Source: Gammaproteobacteria bacterium (GTDB taxonomy: Bacteria > Pseudomonadota > Gammaproteobacteria > HyVt-429). From it: a DNA stretch of 55,740 nucleotides. Numbering within the stretch: position 1 is the first letter of the stretch; the number at the start of each line of letters is the position of its first letter. The stretch covers positions 1-55,740 of the forward strand of contig JAJDOE010000129.1 in the NCBI GenBank assembly GCA_022340345.1, written 5' to 3'. The translations under genes and the position numbers were made by a program. Below the pieces are notes generated by a model. That model was given only the letters and a program-made list of their open reading frames with translations, ran no database searches and was not told where the DNA came from. Shown in pieces: positions 50,896-55,740 of the stretch.

Positions 50896-51807
50896 GTGAA
50901 AAGGGGGGTGTGGTTTAGGGGATCGGCAGCCGGGCTGTTGGCGTGCCTGTGGCTGGCCGGCTGGGCACCGCCGGTGCCGGCGGCGGTATCGCCGGCGACG
51001 CCGGTGGCGCAGGCCACCGCCAGCCCCCCGCCCACCGCCCAGGGCGGCCCGGCAGCACCACGGGCATCCGCTGCGCCCGCTCCAGCCGGTGCAGGGTGGT
51101 TCGAAAATCCGCTGTACCGCGCCCAGGCACTGGCTTTGTTGGTGATGCTGTTCGGCGTGGGCCTGATGGCCTGGCCGGCCCTGCACGCACACCGGGCGCG
51201 GGCGCAGTTGCGAGCTGCCTTACTCAGCCACGCGGACGAATTGCTCACCGATATCGCACTTCCGTCTTCTCGTGGCGGAATGCTGACGGTAGAACAACTG
51301 GCGCGCGGCGACGGCTTCCTGCTGGTGGTGCATACGCGCTTCCTTGGTGGTCAGGTCAGCGGCCTGGACCAGCAACGCTGGACACGCAGTGGCAACGGTG
51401 GCAGCTGGCAGTTCAGCAATCCGGTACGCGAGCTCGGCGCCGTGGTGCGCGCCTTGCGTGCCCTGGTGGGGCAACAATACCTGGTGCACCACCTGGTGGT
51501 TTTCACCGACCGGACGACGTTCGATGAAGAGCCACCACCCGGGGTTAGCGACCTGCGCGGTCTGGATGCTGCCATTCGCGAGATCCTGGAATCGGGAATC
51601 CCGAAAGGAGATGGGGATCCCGGCTGGGAATTGATTCAGCAGCTGGCCGCTCCCAGCGGCTCCGAACCGCGCCAGCGGCGCCAGCGGGCGGAACTGCGAC
51701 AGGCTCAGGGCCGATGGGTGCGCTTGGGTCGGGCCGTGCTGGTCAGCGGCCTGCTGGCTTCCGCTGGCATCTGGCTGATCGCGTTGCTCGGGACCGCGGC
51801 TGGCTAA
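50896..51807 (+). CDS. Membrane protein with a NERD-like domain
   Basis: A Pro/Ala-rich N-terminal region, TM 'ALALLVMLFGVGLMAWPAL', a central region resembling NERD ('TDIALPSS..GFLLVVHTRFLGG..WQFSNPVREL'), and a C-terminal TM. The start (GTG 50896) is uncertain. Confidence 0.5.
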   Translation: MKRGVWFRGSAAGLLACLWLAGWAPPVPAAVSPATPVAQATASPPPTAQGGPAAPRASAAPAPAGAGWFENPLYRAQALALLVMLFGVGLMAWPALHAHRARAQLRAALLSHADELLTDIALPSSRGGMLTVEQLARGDGFLLVVHTRFLGGQVSGLDQQRWTRSGNGGSWQFSNPVRELGAVVRALRALVGQQYLVHHLVVFTDRTTFDEEPPPGVSDLRGLDAAIREILESGIPKGDGDPGWELIQQLAAPSGSEPRQRRQRAELRQAQGRWVRLGRAVLVSGLLASAGIWLIALLGTAAG

Positions 51808-52217
51808 TCGTTAGGGGTGCGCCGGGCGTCCAGGCGCCGTGAGCGCGTTCGCTTTTCCTGCAGACGACGTTCCTTTGAGGCCCGCGGAGGGCGGGTCTTC
51901 TTGCGGGTTCGAGGCGGGCGCGCCGCCTGACGAATCAGGGACAGCAATCGTTCGATAGCGTCATGCCGGTTGCGCTCGCGGGTCCGGTAACTCTTGGCGG
52001 TGATCACGATCTCGCCCTCCCGGGTAAGGCGCCGGCCGGCCAGCGCGCGCAGGCGGGCGCGGACCGGATCCGGCAGGGCCGCGGAGGCCGTATCGAAGCG
52101 CAACTGGGCCGCGGAGGCGACCTTGTTGACGTTCTGGCCGCCGGGGCCCGAGGCGAGAACGAAACGGAATTGCAGTTCCTCTTCGGCCAGTTCGATATCG
52201 CCGGTGACCTGAATCAT
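51804..52217 (-). CDS. arfB: Alternative ribosome-rescue factor ArfB (peptidyl-tRNA hydrolase, GGQ)
   Basis: 'FRFVLASGPGGQNVNKVASAAQLRF' and a basic C-terminal tail. Start at 'MIQVTGDI'. Confidence 0.88.
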   Translation of the reverse strand: MIQVTGDIELAEEELQFRFVLASGPGGQNVNKVASAAQLRFDTASAALPDPVRARLRALAGRRLTREGEIVITAKSYRTRERNRHDAIERLLSLIRQAARPPRTRKKTRPPRASKERRLQEKRTRSRRLDARRTPND

Positions 52218-52286
52218 GGCGCGGGGAATCGCAACCCGGGGCATTTCACCGTAGCATGCATGCTCCCAAGTCTAACGCGCCTTTCC

Positions 52287-52922
52287 ATGAACGCCGACGA
52301 ATATCGCCGCCTGAATATGAGCCAGGGTCTTCGTCACGAGGACCTCCACCCGGATCCCGTGAAACAGTTCGAGCAATGGTTCGAGCAGGCCGGGAGTTCC
52401 GGAATCCCCGAGCCGAACGCCATGGTGCTGGCCACCGTGGATGAAGAAGGGCAGCCCTGGGCTCGCACCGTGCTGGTCAAGCTGTACGATGCGAAGGGCT
52501 TCGTATTCTTCACCAATTTTGGCAGCCGAAAGGCACGTCACATCCAGGGTAACGGCAAGGTGGTACTGCTGTTCCCATGGATTGCGCTCGGGCGGCAAGT
52601 GACGGTCACCGGCGAGGCACAGCGCATCTCCGCCGCCGAATCCATGCGGTACTTTGCGACTCGTCCCCGGGGCAGCCAGATCGGGGCATGGGCTTCCGCC
52701 CAGAGCCAGGTGATCAGTTCCCGCTCTTTTCTCGAAGCTCGCCTGGATGAGATGAAACAGAAATTCGCCGGCGGCGAGGTTCCGCTGCCGGAGGCCTGGG
52801 GCGGCTACCGCGTCGTGCCCTCGAACATCGAGTTCTGGCAGGCCCGCGAATACCGGCTGCATGATCGCTTCATCTACCGCCGGCGGCAAAAGGGCTGGGA
52901 CATCGAACGCCTGGCGCCGTAG
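52287..52922 (+). CDS. pdxH: Pyridoxamine 5'-phosphate oxidase
   Basis: 'PNAMVLATVDEEGQPWARTVLVK','FFTNFGSRKA','IEFWQAREYRLHDR'. The ATG at 52260 is an alternative start. Confidence 0.93.
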   Translation: MNADEYRRLNMSQGLRHEDLHPDPVKQFEQWFEQAGSSGIPEPNAMVLATVDEEGQPWARTVLVKLYDAKGFVFFTNFGSRKARHIQGNGKVVLLFPWIALGRQVTVTGEAQRISAAESMRYFATRPRGSQIGAWASAQSQVISSRSFLEARLDEMKQKFAGGEVPLPEAWGGYRVVPSNIEFWQAREYRLHDRFIYRRRQKGWDIERLAP

Positions 52923-52946
52923 CCCCCTTGCACTGGCGACCCGGAA

Positions 52947-53168
52947 TTACCGGTGCAGCAGGTCCACGCCGAACCAGGCCGCCAGCAGGTAGATAAGACT
53001 CACTACCGCCAAGCCGCCGCCCCAGACCACGGCCCACCACTGGCGGTAGCGTCGACCGAGCACGACAAAGGCCAGCGCCAGCAGCAGCGCATACACCACC
53101 GTGGCCGTCGACAGCGGGTCGAAGGCCGCAAGCGCATCCACCGGTTCGTCGCCAACCCGGTAGCGCAT
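52947..53168 (-). CDS. Small 2-TM membrane protein
   Basis: 73 aa with two hydrophobic helices, 22 nt downstream of the aminotransferase stop. Confidence 0.4.
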   Translation of the reverse strand: MRYRVGDEPVDALAAFDPLSTATVVYALLLALAFVVLGRRYRQWWAVVWGGGLAVVSLIYLLAAWFGVDLLHR

Positions 53169-53190
53169 GGTTATCGCTCCGTTGCCGGGG

Positions 53191-54450
53191 TCATCCGACG
53201 ATCTCCATCAGCGCCGCCAACAGGCGATCGATTTCTTCCTGCGTGTTGTAGTGCACCGGGCTGATCCGAAGCACTCCTTCGCCGGGATCAATGCCCATGG
53301 CTTCCATCAGGCGCACCGCATAGAAATGTCCTGCCCGCACACCGATGCCGCGAAGCCCCAGTTGATGGGCGATGTCGCTGGCGGAGCGGCTTCCGCTTAC
53401 CCGGAGGGAAACTACGGAACTGCGGGTTGCCAGTTGATCGCTGCCGCGGCCCAGAAGCTGTAGTCCGGGGACTTCTGTCAGCCCATCGATGAGCCGTTGC
53501 ACCAGCCGCGACTCGTGTGCCTGGAATAGCCGGCACACGGCCATCGTCCGCTGGTGGGCGCTGCCGCCATCGGATTCGAACGCCTGCGTATCGTGGTGGT
53601 GCGAATACAGCAGATCGAAATATTCCCCCAGGCCGGCCAGCGCGGCAATTTCACCGTGTTGTGGACCGGCGGGATTCAGGCGTGCGAGAGGGTTGTCCGC
53701 GTTGAAGAAATGGCCCTGGTTGCGGGTCAGGGCGAGGGCGCGGTCATTGCCCCAGAGCACCCCCACGTGGGTGGCGAAGGTCTTGTAGGTGGAAAACAAA
53801 TAGAAATCCAGGCCGCTGCGCTCTACATCGAGCATCGCGTGGGGCGCGTAGGACACCCCGTCTCCGACCACCAGCGCCCCGTGTCGCCGCGCGATGGCGA
53901 CAATCTCCGCCACCGGGTTGAGAGTGCCGATGACGTTGGACGATAGCGTGAAGGCCAACAGCCGGGTGCGTGGCCCGACAAGCTCCTCCAGGCGGGTGGT
54001 GTCCAGCTCACCACTGGCCGGATCCACCTGCCACTCGCGGATCAGCACGCCAAATTCCTCCAGCTTCCGCCAACAGCCAATGTTGGCTTCGTGGTCCTGG
54101 TTGGTGACCACGATCTCGTCCCCGGGCGCGAATTGGTGACGCAAGGCCTCGGCGAGCACGTAGGTGTTCAGGGTGGTGGACGGACCCAGGGTCAGGTTCT
54201 CGGTTCGGGTGCCGAGCAGGGCGGCGATCGTGGCGTAGCCGGCGTCCATGGCTTCGCCGGCCATGCGTGCCGGTTCGAAGCTGCCGTAGGGTTGCACCTT
54301 GTAGTCGCGGTTGAAGCGCTCGAAATGTTCCAGCACCGGCCCGCAGGCGCAGGCGCCACCGGCGTTCTCGAAGAACGCGAGATCGGTGGCGCCCGGTCGC
54401 TGGAATACCGGGAACAGGGAACGTACAAAACGGGTGTCGAGTTCGGTCAC
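53191..54450 (-). CDS. Class V aminotransferase-fold PLP enzyme (cysteine-desulfurase-like, catalytic Cys absent)
   Basis: 'VVTNQDHEAN','LFSTYKTFATHVG' (PLP Lys) and 'VRAGHFYA', where SufS/CsdA have 'GHHCA'. The GTG at 54450 is the first in-frame start below the terminator at 54504-54533. Confidence 0.85.
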   Translation of the reverse strand: MTELDTRFVRSLFPVFQRPGATDLAFFENAGGACACGPVLEHFERFNRDYKVQPYGSFEPARMAGEAMDAGYATIAALLGTRTENLTLGPSTTLNTYVLAEALRHQFAPGDEIVVTNQDHEANIGCWRKLEEFGVLIREWQVDPASGELDTTRLEELVGPRTRLLAFTLSSNVIGTLNPVAEIVAIARRHGALVVGDGVSYAPHAMLDVERSGLDFYLFSTYKTFATHVGVLWGNDRALALTRNQGHFFNADNPLARLNPAGPQHGEIAALAGLGEYFDLLYSHHHDTQAFESDGGSAHQRTMAVCRLFQAHESRLVQRLIDGLTEVPGLQLLGRGSDQLATRSSVVSLRVSGSRSASDIAHQLGLRGIGVRAGHFYAVRLMEAMGIDPGEGVLRISPVHYNTQEEIDRLLAALMEIVG

Positions 54451-54503
54451 GGAGACGGAATATACCGTGGCCGCCCGGGATTTCCCTCCGGCAGCGGTTC
54501 CGC

Positions 54504-54533
54504 AAAAAAAGAGGCGGCCCGCGGGCCGCCTCT
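54504..54533 (-). terminator. Rho-independent terminator after the marR-small membrane protein unit
   Basis: Stem 'agaggcggccc'/'gggccgcctct' followed on the minus strand by T7. Confidence 0.8.
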
Positions 54534-54559
54534 GGTGTCGTCCGGGCGCGGAGCCCGGT

Positions 54560-54790
54560 TCAGGCCGGTTGGTGCTCGTGCCGGCGCCCGCCACGCAACA
54601 CCAGGCTCGCCAGGCCGCCCAGGATCATCAGCCCCAGGGCCTGCTTGAACTGGATCTCCACCAGGCCGAACACCGGTGGAAGCACCGCGTTCCAGGCCCA
54701 CAGCAGGGCCACCGTTGCGAGGAAAAATGTCGCGACCGCCAAGGCGAATCGGCGCCAGTGAGAAGGGTGAAATCGTTGATTGTGTTTCAT
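54560..54790 (-). CDS. Small 2-TM membrane protein coupled to marR
   Basis: 76 aa, 'FALAVATFFLATVALLWAW' and 'LGLMILGGLASLVL'. The ATG overlaps the marR stop (ATGA). Confidence 0.45.
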   Translation of the reverse strand: MKHNQRFHPSHWRRFALAVATFFLATVALLWAWNAVLPPVFGLVEIQFKQALGLMILGGLASLVLRGGRRHEHQPA

Positions 54791-55272
54791 TGCGTTTCTC
54801 CGTCAAGTACCTGGTTGCGGGTGGATTCCCAGTCCGGAGACTGGAAGTAGTTGTCCAGGGCGCGCAGGGCCTCGCTGGCCTGGCGCAGTTCCCCGGGATC
54901 AAAGCGGGATGCCGCCTGCGCCAGTAACCGGGTCTCGCGCTCACGGATGCGCGCGAACAGCTCCCGACCTCGCCGGGTGCGGCGCACGTGCCCGGAGCGC
55001 TTGTGACCCGGATTCGGCACGATCTCGACCAGGCCGGCTTCGGCCAGGGCGTTGACCGTCACCTGCACGTGCTGGCGCGACACCGCGCGTTGGCGGGCGA
55101 TCTGCGGCACCGTCTGGGGCTCGGCATGGGCGAGGAACTCAAGTACCGCGCGCTGGGAAGCGGTCACCCCCATGCGCTCCTCGATACGCTCCGCCTCCCG
55201 GGCAAGGCGCTGAAACAGGCGCCGGGTCTGCCAGATGAGCTGGTAGAGGGGCCCTTCTCTGGATTCGGTCAT
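54787..55272 (-). CDS. MarR family transcriptional regulator
   Basis: The ATG at 55272 has 'ggag' upstream. Winged-HTH region 'ASQRAVLEFLAHAEPQTVPQIARQRAVSRQHVQVTVNALAEAGLVEIVPNPGHKRS'. Confidence 0.88.
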   Translation of the reverse strand: MTESREGPLYQLIWQTRRLFQRLAREAERIEERMGVTASQRAVLEFLAHAEPQTVPQIARQRAVSRQHVQVTVNALAEAGLVEIVPNPGHKRSGHVRRTRRGRELFARIRERETRLLAQAASRFDPGELRQASEALRALDNYFQSPDWESTRNQVLDGETQ

Positions 55273-55287
55273 AGCGACATCTCCAAA

Positions 55288-55325
55288 TGACAATAATATT
55301 GTCATAAACGACAACAGTATTGTCA
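55288..55325. promoter_or_regulatory. Two MarR-type operator palindromes overlapping the marR promoter
   Basis: A perfect 8-1-8 palindrome 'TGACAATAATATTGTCA' (55288-55304) and an imperfect copy 'CGACAACAGTATTGTCA' (55309-55325), with centres 21 bp apart. The minus strand reads TTGACA-N17-GACAAT across them. Confidence 0.6.
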
Positions 55326-55414
55326 AGATGTGCAAATGACTTCCGTTTCCCTGGTTTCCGCGAGCATTCGGGCAGGCGGTCTGGGACCGGCGGGGGTGGC
55401 AGGGGATACCGGAC

Positions 55415-55430
55415 TGTGAACTGGTTCACA
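55415..55430. promoter_or_regulatory. CRP/Vfr-type binding palindrome
   Basis: 'TGTGA-actggt-TCACA' is an exact match to the TGTGA-N6-TCACA core. It lies in the marR-divergent intergenic region. Confidence 0.5.
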
Positions 55431-55520
55431 GACCGTTTGGAATTACGGTGCTACAACGGCCAGCGTGTTGGAAACCCATTCCTCCTGACTTGAGGGAAAG
55501 TTGCCGCGAAGCACTTTCTG

Positions 55521-55546
55521 ACCCCGCCTCCGGGCGGGGTTTTTTT
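55521..55546 (+). terminator. Rho-independent terminator with no annotated plus-strand gene upstream
   Basis: 'accccgcc tccg ggcggggt' followed by 'tttttt'. Confidence 0.8.
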
Positions 55547-55724
55547 ATGGGTCCTGCGGAGGATCCTCAGCGACCCGCACCGGACCGGTGCCTTCGGCCC
55601 GGGCCTGGCGCAGTTCCTCGCGCACCGAACGGGAGCGTTCCCGGTTGCGGCCGAACCAGGCGCCGACGGCCAGCAGGCCGATACTGGCGAGGGTACGTAC
55701 GATGATGGGCATGCCCGTAAGCAT
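55545..55724 (-). CDS. Hypothetical small membrane-anchored protein (possibly truncated by the window edge)
   Basis: 59 aa from the ATG at 55724 ('MLTGMPIIVRTLASIGLLAVGAWFG' followed by a charged tail). The frame stays open to the window end. Confidence 0.3.
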   Translation of the reverse strand: MLTGMPIIVRTLASIGLLAVGAWFGRNRERSRSVREELRQARAEGTGPVRVAEDPPQDP

Positions 55725-55740
55725 AGACTCCGGCCGCACG

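Noticed and set aside
55414-55431. LexA (SOS) box, because the site reads CTGT...ACAG.
   Set aside because: The spacing is CTGT-N10-ACAG rather than the CTGT-N8-ACAG of gammaproteobacterial LexA. The inner TGTGA-N6-TCACA matches CRP exactly.
55448-55705. 85-aa plus-strand ORF near the window end.
   Set aside because: It reads straight through a strong intrinsic terminator and overlaps a more plausible membrane-anchored ORF on the other strand. Its translation is Pro/Arg/Gly-rich.

Overview
High-GC chromosomal segment with gammaproteobacterium-like synteny, carrying about 55 genes, mostly envelope and core-metabolism housekeeping. The first 11.8 kb is one tightly coupled plus-strand run: mreBCD, mrdA-rodA, mltB, rlpA, a PBP5-like gene, a class IV aminotransferase, ybeD, lipB, lipA and a DUF218 gene. 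After it come a sulfotransferase, murU-amgK divergent from lptD-surA, and a sigma-54/NtrC-type porin-glnK-amtB operon. Further genes are ubiK, yifB, srkA, cytochrome c5, tRNA-Arg(CCG), dsbA, mpl, rnd, mltA, msrB, pckA coupled to a TRAP transporter, phrB, arfB, pdxH and a MarR unit. I saw no rRNA, CRISPR array, transposase, integrase or prophage genes. Items worth follow-up: (1) an intact PBP5/DacA homologue lacking all three active-site motifs. (2) An FNR/DNR-type box upstream of a TonB-dependent receptor that abuts a nirS carrying an extra N-terminal cytochrome c domain, with no heme d1 or nor genes in the window. (3) A 3 x 114 bp tandem repeat that re-copies the msrB 3' end plus a hairpin. 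(4) A heme-c DUF3365-HAMP sensor with no output domain, next to a soluble Hanks-type kinase. (5) Scattered orphan glycan-modifying genes and an AT-rich islet encoding a periplasmic DsrE-like protein. (6) An orphan plus-strand terminator downstream of a perfect CRP-type palindrome. All homology calls and alignments are by eye from the translations. Start codons are inferred and several are uncertain.
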